From positions 3,456,001 to 3,520,000 of the forward strand of contig OZ242320.1 of NCBI GenBank assembly GCA_965208125.1: a stretch of 64,000 nucleotides of DNA, in the 5' to 3' direction. The stretch is from Candidatus Latescibacterota bacterium (lineage in GTDB: Bacteria > Latescibacterota > UBA2968). Positions 49,302 to 59,546 of the stretch are shown here, one piece after another. Below the pieces are notes generated by a model. That model saw nothing but the letters and a program-made list of their open reading frames with translations, was not told the origin of the DNA and made no database searches. Position 1 is the first letter of the stretch. Every line of letters starts with the position of its first letter. The position numbers were made by a program, and so were the translations under genes.

Positions 49302-50102
49302 ATGGTCGATCCTCTTCCTCTTATTGCCTACGACACGCTTGTAGAGCAAACCGAAGCTCTGTACCGCGATGGCTATGCCTATCTGCCAGGTGTATTGACG
49401 TCCGATCAAGTGGCAAAACTCCGCGGTCATATGGACGCGCTTACACCGGTTTCGGAAAGTTTTGACAAAAACGGTCGTCCTGAAGATGTCGGTTTTATTA
49501 ATAAACACATCAACAATGCTTTTAACCGACACGCTCATTTTTTACAATTTCTCGACCGCCCCGATGTAATCGAGATCGCTGAAGCTATACACGGCGACGA
49601 TTGCCACTGTATCGGCATGACTGCATGGATGACGGGTCCCGGTCGTCCCGATCAGAATCTCCATACTGACTGGCTTCCCCTGAGTCTGCCCGCAGATATA
49701 CTTGAGGATTCTCGGGTGCGCATCCCCATTTTTATCACTACGGCGCATTTCTATCTCGACGATATCACCGAAGCCCTTGGTCCGACTAATTTTATCCCCG
49801 GCAGCCATCTTTCGGGCAGAAGCCCCAACGGAGATACAGCATGGAAAGGTCAGACTGAAAAATCCATTATGTGCAATGCAGGTGATGTGGTCATTTTTCG
49901 CAGTGAGGTCTGGCATCGCGGTACGGCCAATACCAGTGATAAAACGCGCTATTTGCTTCAAGTCCACTATGCGAAACGCATGATTACGCAAAAATATCCC
50001 CCGTATCTCAACCGTTTTCAATTTGATCCCGAAATTCTCGAGCAGGCGACCCCACGCCAGCGCCGCCTGATGGGCGATCACAAAAGCAGCAACTACGATT
50101 GA
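49302..50102 (+). CDS. PhyH-family Fe(II)/2OG dioxygenase
   Basis: LHTD, IPGSH, AGDV, WHRG, R. Confidence 0.88.
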   Translation: MVDPLPLIAYDTLVEQTEALYRDGYAYLPGVLTSDQVAKLRGHMDALTPVSESFDKNGRPEDVGFINKHINNAFNRHAHFLQFLDRPDVIEIAEAIHGDDCHCIGMTAWMTGPGRPDQNLHTDWLPLSLPADILEDSRVRIPIFITTAHFYLDDITEALGPTNFIPGSHLSGRSPNGDTAWKGQTEKSIMCNAGDVVIFRSEVWHRGTANTSDKTRYLLQVHYAKRMITQKYPPYLNRFQFDPEILEQATPRQRRLMGDHKSSNYD

Positions 50103-50112
50103 GGAGGGTACT

Positions 50113-50547
50113 GTGACTTTCTTGATAGGATATTATCTTTGGCTAAAAGTTGTACATCTCATCGCCATGATCGGTTGGATGGTCGGCATTTTGTATTTGC
50201 CGCGGCTATTTGCCTATCACGCCGATGCCTCTACTGATACGGATGCGGTGTTTCAGCAGATGGAATACAACCTTATGCGGCTTCTGCTTATGCCCTGTCT
50301 AATTGTGGTTTTTATTACGGGCATTCTCTTGATTGTTGCAACGGGGAGCTTGGCGAGCGGATGGCTTCACACCAAAATTCTACTCGTGCTCCTGCTCGCC
50401 GGTTTGCACAGTATGATGTCGCGCCAGCGCAAGAATTTTCAACGCGGCGAAAATACCAGAAGCGCGACTTATTTTCGCACATTTAGCCACGTTACAACGC
50501 TTATTGTGATTCTCGTTGTCGCGCTGGCTGTTTTGAAACCTTTTTAG
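50113..50547 (+). CDS. hemJ: Protoporphyrinogen oxidase HemJ family protein
   Basis: KVVH, LYLPRLFAYH, WLHTK, C-terminal KPF. Confidence 0.85.
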   Translation: MTFLIGYYLWLKVVHLIAMIGWMVGILYLPRLFAYHADASTDTDAVFQQMEYNLMRLLLMPCLIVVFITGILLIVATGSLASGWLHTKILLVLLLAGLHSMMSRQRKNFQRGENTRSATYFRTFSHVTTLIVILVVALAVLKPF

Positions 50548-50571
50548 TGTCCTTTTGAGTGGGAGTGAAGC

Positions 50572-51321
50572 ATGACAAACGACGAATTTGTGATTCCGAG
50601 ACGATTGATCAATTCGGACCGGGAAGAAACACCGAGGTCCTTGCTGGACCTGATTGAACAGGGGCCATTCGATTTGGATACGGCGGCGTGGTGGATGTCG
50701 CACGTGACGAATGGAGCATCGTGGATCGTGGGGTCGGGACCGGGCGGAATCGGGAAATCGACGACGATGCGTTCCTTTCTGAGCGTTGTACCCGGGGACC
50801 GGGCTTTTGCGATTGCGATGCCGGGGGAGATCCCGCCGCTCGCGGATCAGAAACGCTGCACGATTGCGCTCGAGTTGAGCGATCACCGGCCGCCCGGCTA
50901 CCTTTGGGACCAGGACCTGCGTGACTTCTTCGACCTATCAAAGGCGGGACATCAGCTTGTGGGGAACGTCCACGCGGATACGGTGGAAGAGACGCGTGAA
51001 CAGATCGTCGGGGCGTGTAGCGTTCCCGAGGAACAGTTCCATCACATCAACATCATCGCATTCGTCTGGTTGGAAGGTTATGAACGCGGACAAAGTAGGC
51101 GGATCAGGGATCAGACGTCGCGGCGGTTTCTGACAAGCGTACACTACACCGATGGTTCAGGCGCTCATGCGCAAGTCTATTCAGAAGGATCAGGACTCTC
51201 GCCCAACGCACCGAGGGATGTGGAACACGAGGCAAAGTGCCGAACTTTTTTGGAGGAGGCATTGGGAGAAGCGTCGCGGGATATAGATGAACTGAGAGAG
51301 CGATATCTGGCCTGGCATTAG
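50572..51321 (+). CDS. Stand-alone P-loop NTPase resembling the VirB11/TadA ATPase core
   Basis: GPGGIGKSTT, ALELS, NVHAD; no N-terminal domain. Confidence 0.6.
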   Translation: MTNDEFVIPRRLINSDREETPRSLLDLIEQGPFDLDTAAWWMSHVTNGASWIVGSGPGGIGKSTTMRSFLSVVPGDRAFAIAMPGEIPPLADQKRCTIALELSDHRPPGYLWDQDLRDFFDLSKAGHQLVGNVHADTVEETREQIVGACSVPEEQFHHINIIAFVWLEGYERGQSRRIRDQTSRRFLTSVHYTDGSGAHAQVYSEGSGLSPNAPRDVEHEAKCRTFLEEALGEASRDIDELRERYLAWH

Positions 51322-51392
51322 GAGTGGTGGATTCCCTGCGCAGCCTATGTGACCGGAGGCGATTTAGCGCATCGTCACCAGCCTTTTTTTGA

Positions 51393-52523
51393 TCAAACCT
51401 GGATCTGATCCAGCCAGCCTTCCAGGGTGTAGCTCGGATCGCCGATTTCCTCCGGGCGGAGGCACGATAGGTCGGTGCGGTGTATGGGCAGGATGCCGAG
51501 GTCGGGGAGGGTGGCGCCGCGCTGGTGAAGGTCGGTGCCGTAGAGTTTTTCCAGGACGATGCCGTTGGCGTCACACCAGTCGCCCGAGTTGAGGGGGGGC
51601 AGGCTCTCTTCTGGGTCGAAACCGGGGGCACCGAGGTGGCGGTGGATCCATTCCAGGGCGACGGTGTAGCCGAAGTAGGGGCGATGCCCTCCCTCCGGTT
51701 CGAACCAGCAAGCGATGTGGCCGTCTGGGAAATTCGGCGCTGCTCTGGCCACGGCGTTCCGGGTACCTTCCCACGCGGTGCCGTCTCCCTCTGTGTCGAT
51801 GATGACGTCGGCGTCGCCATTGAGGATGAGGACAGCGCAGTGAGGCGCCGCCAGGGAGAGAAATTCTGGCCAGGTACAGAGGGTGCGCAGGCGCTGATTT
51901 GGGACGCGGGTGCAGAACTTGCCTGTGACCGTCATGGTGTCACACAGCGCCCAACCGGAGACCAGGGCCAGCTTGAGGCGGGTGTCGAGGGCCAGCATCC
52001 AGGAGGCCTTGGCACCGCCGAGGGAGTTCCCCGCCACCCCGACGCGCTCCTGATCGATGTCGCTCCGGGTGAAGAGGAAATCGATGCCCCGCATCGTGTC
52101 GAAGACGAGCTTGCCCATGATGAGCCGGCCAGCCCCATCGGCGCAGGTGTGGACTTCTTCGGGGTCATGCGCCCGGGTACCCATGTCGCCGCAGATGTGA
52201 CGCTCTTCTTCTCCGACCGGGTCCAGAACCAGGCAGGCCAGTCCGAGTCTGGCGTAGAGCTGGGGGATGTAGGTGTACTGCCACTGGCTTTTGCTGCCGC
52301 CGTGGCCGCAGGTTATCACGATGGACGGCATGGGTGCAGTAGGGTGTGAGGGTCGATAGAGTACGGAGGGGACGCGGGAACCAGGTTCGCTCGTCCAGAT
52401 CCATTTTTCGACGATGATTCCATCCCGTTCGATCTGTCCGCGGGACTCCGGAGCCAGGTCGCAGCGGACCGTGGGGATGCCCAGGAGGTCGCGCAGGTCG
52501 CGGCGGAGGGATTCGGTTTGCAT
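51393..52523 (-). CDS. Alpha/beta hydrolase (acetylxylan esterase/dienelactone hydrolase-like)
   Basis: EKWIWTSEPG..VP, GHGG, GNSLGG, GGH. Confidence 0.8.
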   Translation of the reverse strand: MQTESLRRDLRDLLGIPTVRCDLAPESRGQIERDGIIVEKWIWTSEPGSRVPSVLYRPSHPTAPMPSIVITCGHGGSKSQWQYTYIPQLYARLGLACLVLDPVGEEERHICGDMGTRAHDPEEVHTCADGAGRLIMGKLVFDTMRGIDFLFTRSDIDQERVGVAGNSLGGAKASWMLALDTRLKLALVSGWALCDTMTVTGKFCTRVPNQRLRTLCTWPEFLSLAAPHCAVLILNGDADVIIDTEGDGTAWEGTRNAVARAAPNFPDGHIACWFEPEGGHRPYFGYTVALEWIHRHLGAPGFDPEESLPPLNSGDWCDANGIVLEKLYGTDLHQRGATLPDLGILPIHRTDLSCLRPEEIGDPSYTLEGWLDQIQV

Positions 52524-52610
52524 GGGAAAGCTCTTTAGCTGGACAGCGGGATGGTGGCGTGCCGTGAGACGGTGAAGGTCCGTCTTGTAGATCGGCTCGC
52601 CACAAAAGAA

Positions 52611-52995
52611 TGGTGGAGGCGGCGGGAATCGAACCCGCGTCCGAAAGCGGTTTGATAACGGCATCTACGTGTGTAGTCTATTCACTTAGAATCTCGCACC
52701 TTGCGCCCCAACAGACAGGGTCGCTGAGGTGCCAGCTCGATGGTTGGGGCTGTGGCCCACTCTCATCCGGAGGCCCTCGAGCGGAAACCCCCGCACCAGC
52801 CTGCTCTCGTCGGCGCTCTGCCCAGACCACGCAGGCAAGGTCTGAGAGAACGGACTGCGTAACGTTTAGTTAGGCAGCCATTGCGTACGTGTTATCGTCC
52901 GCAGTTGCGTTTTTTCCCAATTGTTTTACGAGGTGATTGGGTACCTCGACACGCAGCTATTATCTCTCCACCCCCGTCGAAGCCATGTCGCCCCC
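52611..52995 (-). ncRNA. ssrA: tmRNA; tag reading frame 52902-52870 encodes ADDNTYAMAA
   Basis: 5' GGGGGCGACATGGCTTCGAC; 3' GGGTTCGATTCCCGCCGCCTCCACCA; tag ends in AA-stop. Confidence 0.95.
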
Positions 52996-53007
52996 AGCAC
53001 GTTGAAA

Positions 53008-53036
53008 AATATATCTAAGTTAATCCTTCCAGTCAA
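53008..53036 (-). promoter_or_regulatory. ssrA promoter
   Basis: TTGACT-17 nt-TATATT just upstream of the tmRNA 5' end. Confidence 0.7.
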
Positions 53037-53051
53037 GCGGTCAACTCCAGC

Positions 53052-53987
53052 CTAATTTTCTCTAAACCATTCAATTGTCTGTCGCAGTCCCTGATCTGGT
53101 GTCACTTTGGGTTCCCATCCAAGGAGTTTTTTCGCCAGGGTGATATCGGGTTGTCGCTTTTGAGGATCGTCGCCGATTTGCGCGTTGGGCATCAGAGCGA
53201 TTTCGCTTTTGCTCCCGGTTAGTTCAATAATCTTTTTTGCCAGATCTAATATTGAGGTCTCACTTGATGGATTGCCGATATTTACAGGTGCGTGATAATC
53301 TGTGTGCATCAACCGATAGATCCCCTCAATAAGGTCTGAAACATAACAAATACTGCGCGTTTGACTGCCGTCGCCATATACTTTTAATGGTTCACTTGCC
53401 AGTGCCCGATTGACAAAATTGGGAATGGCCCGTCCATCGTTTTTACGCATGCGGGGACCATAGGTATTAAATATTCGCACAATCCGCGTATCGACCCCGC
53501 TTTCGCGGTGATAGGCCATTGTCATGGCCTCGGCAAAGCGCTTGGCTTCGTCATAGACACCACGCACGCCCAGTGTATTGACATTGCCCAAATACGATTC
53601 TGGCTGTGGATGCACCAGTGGATCGCCGTAAATTTCGGATGTTGAGGCAAAAAAAAATTTCGCTTTTTTGGCTCGCGCTACACCGAGCGCGTTATGCGTA
53701 CCATGTGCGCCTACTTTCAGGATGCGAATGGGATAGCGCGAAAAATCATCGGGGCTGGCCGGGCTGGCAAAATGCAACACATAATCCAGAGGTCCTTTCA
53801 CATAGATGTATTGCGTCACATCGTGTTTGATAAATGTAAAACCATCTCGTCCAAACAGGTGTGCGATATTTTTTGTACGTCCAGTCAACAGGTTATCCAT
53901 GACAATTAGTTCGTGCCCTTCATCCAGCAAACGATCACACAAATGCGACCCCAAAAATCCCGCACCGCCTGTTAGTAATATACGCAT
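53052..53987 (-). CDS. UDP-glucuronate decarboxylase-like NAD-dependent epimerase/dehydratase
   Basis: [35 protein letters not shown]. Confidence 0.92.
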   Translation of the reverse strand: MRILLTGGAGFLGSHLCDRLLDEGHELIVMDNLLTGRTKNIAHLFGRDGFTFIKHDVTQYIYVKGPLDYVLHFASPASPDDFSRYPIRILKVGAHGTHNALGVARAKKAKFFFASTSEIYGDPLVHPQPESYLGNVNTLGVRGVYDEAKRFAEAMTMAYHRESGVDTRIVRIFNTYGPRMRKNDGRAIPNFVNRALASEPLKVYGDGSQTRSICYVSDLIEGIYRLMHTDYHAPVNIGNPSSETSILDLAKKIIELTGSKSEIALMPNAQIGDDPQKRQPDITLAKKLLGWEPKVTPDQGLRQTIEWFREN

Positions 53988-53997
53988 ATAATCCCTG

Positions 53998-55344
53998 TTA
54001 CAGTTTAAAGACGTGATCTTTCTTTCCAGATACAGCCTGCGTGGCATTGCGTGTATCGACAATACAGCACGCGTGTTTTACAATCCATTCATAATCCCAA
54101 TCGCTGTGATGTGTCACAATTACCACACAATGGGCTTCAGTTAAATTTTTCTCGTTTAAAGTAACGCTCTTCATGTCCAAATTTTCTGTTTGCAAGTAAT
54201 CTATAAACGGATCACAATACGAGACCTTCGCCCCTTTCTCCTGAAGCATTTCCAGTATATCCAATGCTGGCGATTCTCGAATATCGCGGACATCGGGTTT
54301 GTATGTCACACCCAATATCAGGATGTTCGCGCCCTTCAAACACCGCTCGTATTCGTTGAGGGCGTCGGTGATTTTTTCGACCACATAACCAGGCATGCTG
54401 CGCGTCACTTCGCTGGCCAATTCGATAAAGCGCGCATTGTAATTCAAGGTCTTCAACTTCCAGGCCAGGAAGTGCGGATCAACCGGGATACAATGCCCAC
54501 CCAGCCCGGGACCGGGATAAAATGGCATAAATCCAAACGGCTTGGTCGCTGCGGCATCGATCACTTCCCAAACATCCACTCCCAGACGGTCACACATCAG
54601 TGCCACTTCGTTGACAAGGCCAATATTTACACTGCGAAATGTATTTTCCAGCAACTTGGTCATTTCAGCAGTCTGGGTCGATGAGACCGGCACGACTTCG
54701 CCGATCAATTGCCGATAAAAATGCGTGCCTATTTCTGTGCAAGACGGTGTAATACCACCCACGACTTTGGGCGTGTTGGTGATGGAATAAACCCTATTGC
54801 CCGGATCGATGCGCTCTGGAGAAAATACCAGAAAAAAATCGCGGCCAACCTTTAAGCCACTTTTTTCGAGCAGTGGCAATACCAGTTCCTGAGTCGTACC
54901 TGGATACGTGGTGCTTTCCAGAATTACCAGTTGTCCACAGCGCAGTCGGTCTTTGATTGCACCACACGCTTGTAAAATAAATGAGACATCTGGATCGCGT
55001 GTTTTATTTAAGGGTGTGGGTACGCATACCACGACCACATCGGCCTCATTGAGCACATCGCATTCTCGTGTTGCTGTCAATTTGCCCACAGCTTTGAGAC
55101 CCGCTACTTCAAATTCCGATACACCCTGCACATCGGACTTTCCCGATTCCACCAGATCTACTTTGCGCGCCGATGTATCGATTCCAGTGACGGAAAATCC
55201 CACTTTACCCAATTCCACGGATAGGGTCAATCCCACATACCCCAATCCCATCACGGCTATCCGCGCTTCGTGCGATGCGATCTTCTCCTCCAGCGTCTGC
55301 CTGGGGTTGGAGATTTCCCGAGATACTCTTTCTGTTATAGCCAT
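53998..55344 (-). CDS. Nucleotide-sugar dehydrogenase (UDP-GlcNAc/UDP-glucose 6-dehydrogenase family)
   Basis: GLGYVG, ESTTYPG, SPER, GGHCIP; start overlaps the argF stop (TAATG). Confidence 0.93.
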   Translation of the reverse strand: MAITERVSREISNPRQTLEEKIASHEARIAVMGLGYVGLTLSVELGKVGFSVTGIDTSARKVDLVESGKSDVQGVSEFEVAGLKAVGKLTATRECDVLNEADVVVVCVPTPLNKTRDPDVSFILQACGAIKDRLRCGQLVILESTTYPGTTQELVLPLLEKSGLKVGRDFFLVFSPERIDPGNRVYSITNTPKVVGGITPSCTEIGTHFYRQLIGEVVPVSSTQTAEMTKLLENTFRSVNIGLVNEVALMCDRLGVDVWEVIDAAATKPFGFMPFYPGPGLGGHCIPVDPHFLAWKLKTLNYNARFIELASEVTRSMPGYVVEKITDALNEYERCLKGANILILGVTYKPDVRDIRESPALDILEMLQEKGAKVSYCDPFIDYLQTENLDMKSVTLNEKNLTEAHCVVIVTHHSDWDYEWIVKHACCIVDTRNATQAVSGKKDHVFKL

Positions 55345-56267
55345 TATGTTATCCGCTCTGGTCCGATCATTTGAATCAATACGGCCTTTTGAACGTGCAT
55401 GCGATTCTCTGCTTGATCCACAGCAATGCATCGCTCGCTTGCCATGACTTCATCTGTTACTTCATATCCCTTATGTGCAGGCAAGCAGTGCATCACATAA
55501 GCGTCGGTCTTTTTGAGCAAATCGCCGTTGATCTGATATGGCATGAATACTTTAGTGCGTCGCTTTTTTTCTTCTGCAAATTCTGGATTGTTAAAAAATT
55601 CCATATCAATCCACGTATCGGTATAAAGAAAATCTGCATCGGCAACAGCAGCTTCCAGGTCCAGTGTTTCTTCAAATAACCCGGTTGCACGCGCTGCTTT
55701 GACCAGTTCGGGATCTGCCGATGGCTTGTTGATCTCTGGCGTCACAGCCGTTATGCGCACGCCGGCTTTTGTACACGCTGTCACCAGCGAATTGCACACA
55801 TTATTCCAGATGCCCACATAAACCACATGCGTTCCCTTTAACTTGCCTCGCACTTCCAGGATCGATAGCAGATCGCCCAGAGCCTGACAGGGATGATAGC
55901 GGTCACAACATCCGTTGATTACAGGGACTTCGGAGCCGAGAGTCAGCCGCAATAAATCCTCGTGTTTGAGCATGCGCGCCATAATCACATCTGCATATCG
56001 CGATAGGACTTGTGCTTCATCGCGTACATCTGCCAATCCAAAATTGGTGGTCATCCAGTCCAAAAATACGGCCTGCCCTCCCAATTGATGCATGCCTACT
56101 TCAAAAGCTACGCGGGTGCGCGTTGATGTTTTCTGAAATAACATCGCCAAAGTTTGTCCCTTTAGCAGACCTTCATAGCGCTCGGGATTCTTTTTGATCA
56201 CCAGACCCATTTCTACCGCACGCAAAATATCATCTGGCGACCACGTCTTCAGTGTCAAAAGATCCAT
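55344..56267 (-). CDS. argF: Ornithine carbamoyltransferase
   Basis: STRT, HPCQ, HCLP, QAENR. Confidence 0.9.
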   Translation of the reverse strand: MDLLTLKTWSPDDILRAVEMGLVIKKNPERYEGLLKGQTLAMLFQKTSTRTRVAFEVGMHQLGGQAVFLDWMTTNFGLADVRDEAQVLSRYADVIMARMLKHEDLLRLTLGSEVPVINGCCDRYHPCQALGDLLSILEVRGKLKGTHVVYVGIWNNVCNSLVTACTKAGVRITAVTPEINKPSADPELVKAARATGLFEETLDLEAAVADADFLYTDTWIDMEFFNNPEFAEEKKRRTKVFMPYQINGDLLKKTDAYVMHCLPAHKGYEVTDEVMASERCIAVDQAENRMHVQKAVLIQMIGPERIT

Positions 56268-56356
56268 ATCTATTTCCTTTCTGTTGAACCGCTACTACAG
56301 CCTGCCCCTGCTGGAATCGTGCAGGGGGTTGCCAGGCCTGGGGGAGTTTCACCGAT

Positions 56357-57322
56357 TCACAATTGTTCGCGCACAAGGGATAGCAAACGCGCTTGCACTT
56401 GACTGACAGAGCCTTTAATCTCGCACCCCGATGCTCGGATATGACCGCCACCATCAAATTGACGGGCAATGCGATTGACATCCACTTTTCCCCGCGACCG
56501 TAAACTCACGCGCTGTTGTCCCGGCTCTTGTTCTTTAAAAAATAGTGCGACTTCAACTCCATCAATCGACATCGCGTGATCGACCACGCCATCCAGATCG
56601 CCATTCATCGCATGGGTTTTGTGATCGACGTACAATATGCTGATCTGTCCATTTTCGTGTAGTGTTAGATTCGACAGCGCGAATCCCAGGGTTTTCACCG
56701 TTTGGTACGTTTGATGTGAAAACATGTTCTCCGCAATCTGCTGAGGGTCAGCGCCGTGTGTAACGAGTTCTGCAGCAGCGCAGAGTGCGCGTTCTGGATG
56801 CGAATGTTTAAATAGCTTTGTGTCAAAAACAATTCCGGCATATAAACACGTCGCTATCTCGGGTGTAAATCCCAAATTACTACGACGAGCATACCGGTTT
56901 ATGAGCAAATAGATCAATTCACTGGCAGAACTGGCATCTGGATCAATCACCCGTACATCGCTCTCTTCATCTGCATCCACATGGTGATCGATAACCAGCG
57001 TTTTTGTCGCAGGCCCAATCAGACCCGCGACATCGCCAATGCGTTTTTTCGATGTCGTCGTATCTACCACCACGAGGCGCGGCACGGGGGCTACCAGTCC
57101 AGAGTTATACACCGATTCTATGCGATCATAACCCGGCAAAAACCGATATTTGCGATCTGGTATCTCGTCCGCCACCACAATGCGGTGCTTTTGGTCCTGC
57201 CTCGTCAACCAATGGCTCAATCCCAACAGTGCACCGAAGCCATCGCCATCGGCATTCACATGCGTTGTTAGCACGAGTTCATCGCCTGCCAACAAAAAAT
57301 TTAGAGCCCCTTGAAAGTCCAT
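56357..57322 (-). CDS. nrnA: DHH/DHHA1 phosphoesterase (NrnA-like)
   Basis: H..ADGD, VVD, IDHH, SLRS, GGGH..ASG. Confidence 0.9.
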   Translation of the reverse strand: MDFQGALNFLLAGDELVLTTHVNADGDGFGALLGLSHWLTRQDQKHRIVVADEIPDRKYRFLPGYDRIESVYNSGLVAPVPRLVVVDTTTSKKRIGDVAGLIGPATKTLVIDHHVDADEESDVRVIDPDASSASELIYLLINRYARRSNLGFTPEIATCLYAGIVFDTKLFKHSHPERALCAAAELVTHGADPQQIAENMFSHQTYQTVKTLGFALSNLTLHENGQISILYVDHKTHAMNGDLDGVVDHAMSIDGVEVALFFKEQEPGQQRVSLRSRGKVDVNRIARQFDGGGHIRASGCEIKGSVSQVQARLLSLVREQL

Positions 57323-57367
57323 TGTTATATCCAAATGTACATATCAATGCAAGAGTATAGCTATTCG

Positions 57368-57958
57368 TCAAGGTTTTAAAATTTGCTCGTGCTGGCGTTT
57401 GCGTTGCCACAAAATTTGCTGTCGCTGCTTCTGCGAGTTGAGTATGTTAAAAAGAATATTCACCCGTTTGCGCGCCGCCTGCAATGCTTGAACATCCCGC
57501 TGGTCCTGATCTTTTATCCGGGAAAAATACAGCATGCGTTGGGCCGCATCTCGTAGCGACTTCGCCGAAAACAACACGGATAGTATTCCCTGTCGCCCTA
57601 TTTTGTATATTTCGCGCGCACGTTGCGCTATATTCTGCTCGCGATTTTTAAGTTGTGATTCAGCCAGTCGAAGCTGTTGCTCAGTACGGTTGATTTCATC
57701 ATTCAGACTATTGATTTCTTCAGCTAGATTCAAAGATGTGTCCCGCGCCTTCTCACCCTCGCTTTCAGGTTGATTCTGTACCGATGCTTCAGATGAGGAC
57801 TGGGAGTTTAAGTCCCGCGCTTTTAAGCTGTCCATCGCCGCTTGTTCGGCTTTGAGACGCGCTTCCAGCGCTGTTATAGTCTGCGCGCTTCCATTGGGAG
57901 ATAATGCGAGTAGAAAAGTTATTATACACAATATATATTTTTGCACGCCATACCTCAA
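57368..57958 (-). CDS. EnvC/PcsB-like coiled-coil protein lacking the LytM domain
   Basis: Signal peptide and heptads, RAREIYKIG...LFSA; directly downstream of ftsX; only 196 aa. Confidence 0.7.
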   Translation of the reverse strand: MRYGVQKYILCIITFLLALSPNGSAQTITALEARLKAEQAAMDSLKARDLNSQSSSEASVQNQPESEGEKARDTSLNLAEEINSLNDEINRTEQQLRLAESQLKNREQNIAQRAREIYKIGRQGILSVLFSAKSLRDAAQRMLYFSRIKDQDQRDVQALQAARKRVNILFNILNSQKQRQQILWQRKRQHEQILKP

Positions 57959-57973
57959 TGGACAGGCACTGCC

Positions 57974-58852
57974 CTACGCGATTTCTCTCAACACTCGATT
58001 CAGCGATGACCAACTGCCTATCGCGCCCAGCACGGTGCCCAATACTACCAGACAGAATGACAGTTCAATCGTTGGTGTGACTGTCAAATCCGGTACTCGA
58101 ACAGCCCACCACGGTGATATATAAGCCAACATCAGGGGGGCTAAAAATCCACCGATAAAGCCCAATAGTGCTCCCCCAGCCCCAAAGATCATCCACACAG
58201 TCGTATTTGTTGCGCCGACCAACCGCATAATCTCAAGAGTATCGCGCTGCGCCAGCACCATCAACTTGGTCGTATGGCTCACTGCAAATGCACACGCAAA
58301 ACACAACATACACCCAAACGCGAGTCCAATTCCGGTGGTTACTTGAATAAAATGCTCCAAAGAATCCGCCCATACTTCACCCACATTTACACCTTCGACA
58401 GCACTATGATTGGTTACAGATCTTGCAACAGCCCGAGCGCGGCGCGGCATATTCTCACCGGGAGAAATGCGTACTCTAAGTGAAGCGGGCAATGGATTGC
58501 TCGAAAGCGCATCGACCGTACCCAGACCAAATAGTGACCGAAATTCTCTGGCAGCTGCTTCCTGATCCATATACACAATCCCGCCTACCTCGGGTCTCGC
58601 TTCTAACGTGCGCCGCAATGAGAATACGCGTTGAGGTGAAACACCATCTTTCAGGTAAATGTCTATCTCCACCCGCGCGCGCAATCGGTTAGCCAGCGCG
58701 TTCCCACTCTCGATCGCTTGCCAAAAGAATCCCAGTACCAGCAGCGATGCACCAATGGTCGCCACTGAAATCACACCTGCGATTCCCGTGCGCCTGATCC
58801 CTTGCAATGCCTCGCGCAATATTAGATTCATTCCACTTTTCCATTTGCTCAA
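57974..58852 (-). CDS. ftsX: Cell division permease FtsX
   Basis: NPLPASL, IMRLVGAT, four TM segments. Confidence 0.88.
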   Translation of the reverse strand: MSKWKSGMNLILREALQGIRRTGIAGVISVATIGASLLVLGFFWQAIESGNALANRLRARVEIDIYLKDGVSPQRVFSLRRTLEARPEVGGIVYMDQEAAAREFRSLFGLGTVDALSSNPLPASLRVRISPGENMPRRARAVARSVTNHSAVEGVNVGEVWADSLEHFIQVTTGIGLAFGCMLCFACAFAVSHTTKLMVLAQRDTLEIMRLVGATNTTVWMIFGAGGALLGFIGGFLAPLMLAYISPWWAVRVPDLTVTPTIELSFCLVVLGTVLGAIGSWSSLNRVLREIA

Positions 58853-59514
58853 TTTGTAATCTGTTCAATGGCCTCATTTTCCAACTGCAATATTCGCCCC
58901 GAATATCGGTCCTCCAGCGCTGCATCATGTGTCGCTATGATCACAGCTATTCCGCGCACATTGATTTTTTGAAAAATAGCCATCACCTGCTCTGTTGCTT
59001 CGGAATCCAAATTGGCAGTTGGTTCATCTGTCACCAAGACAATGGGATCATTCACCAGTGCCCGCGCTATTGCTACTCGCAGCCGTTCATAAGCCGACAA
59101 CTCATCTGGATACGCATGGCGTTTATGCAACAAATCTACATCCGATAATATCGCCTGTGTTTTGCGCTTGATCCGACGCCGCGAAACGCCTGTTACTTCA
59201 AGCGCGAAGGCCACATTTTCATATACTGTGCGATGGTGCAATAGTTTGAAGTCTTGAAATACTACGCCCACTTGCCGTCGCAATCGCGGGATATCCGTTT
59301 TTCGCATTTGCCGCGAGTCGTATTCTCCCACAGATACCACACCCGAACTGGGTAATTCCTCAAATATAATCAGTTCGAATAGCGCGCGTTTTTCCGCCTC
59401 TGTGTGTCCGATCAGATAGACGAATTCGCCCTGATTGATCTCTGTGTTGGCATCGATCAATATCGGTTGGCCCCGTTGCTCGACACACGCGTTTTGTAAT
59501 TTAATTACTGGCAT
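58849..59514 (-). CDS. ftsE: FtsE-like ABC ATPase with degenerate Walker A and signature motifs
   Basis: LRRQVGVVFQDFKLL, ENVAFAL, DEPTANLD, ATHD; Walker A reads GHTEAEKR. Confidence 0.85.
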   Translation of the reverse strand: MPVIKLQNACVEQRGQPILIDANTEINQGEFVYLIGHTEAEKRALFELIIFEELPSSGVVSVGEYDSRQMRKTDIPRLRRQVGVVFQDFKLLHHRTVYENVAFALEVTGVSRRRIKRKTQAILSDVDLLHKRHAYPDELSAYERLRVAIARALVNDPIVLVTDEPTANLDSEATEQVMAIFQKINVRGIAVIIATHDAALEDRYSGRILQLENEAIEQITN

Positions 59515-59546
59515 AATGTACAACTGCATCAGCAGTTCCAATTAAA

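Noticed and set aside
51104-52349. Long alternative-frame ORFs (51480..52349 + and 51104..51820 -)
   Set aside because: Shadow ORFs of GC-rich genes with no recognisable motifs
52524-52873. ORFs overlapping the tmRNA, and a tRNA call at 52611
   Set aside because: The tRNA-like end belongs to tmRNA, whose matching 5' end and tag frame are present; the hydrolase starts at 52523
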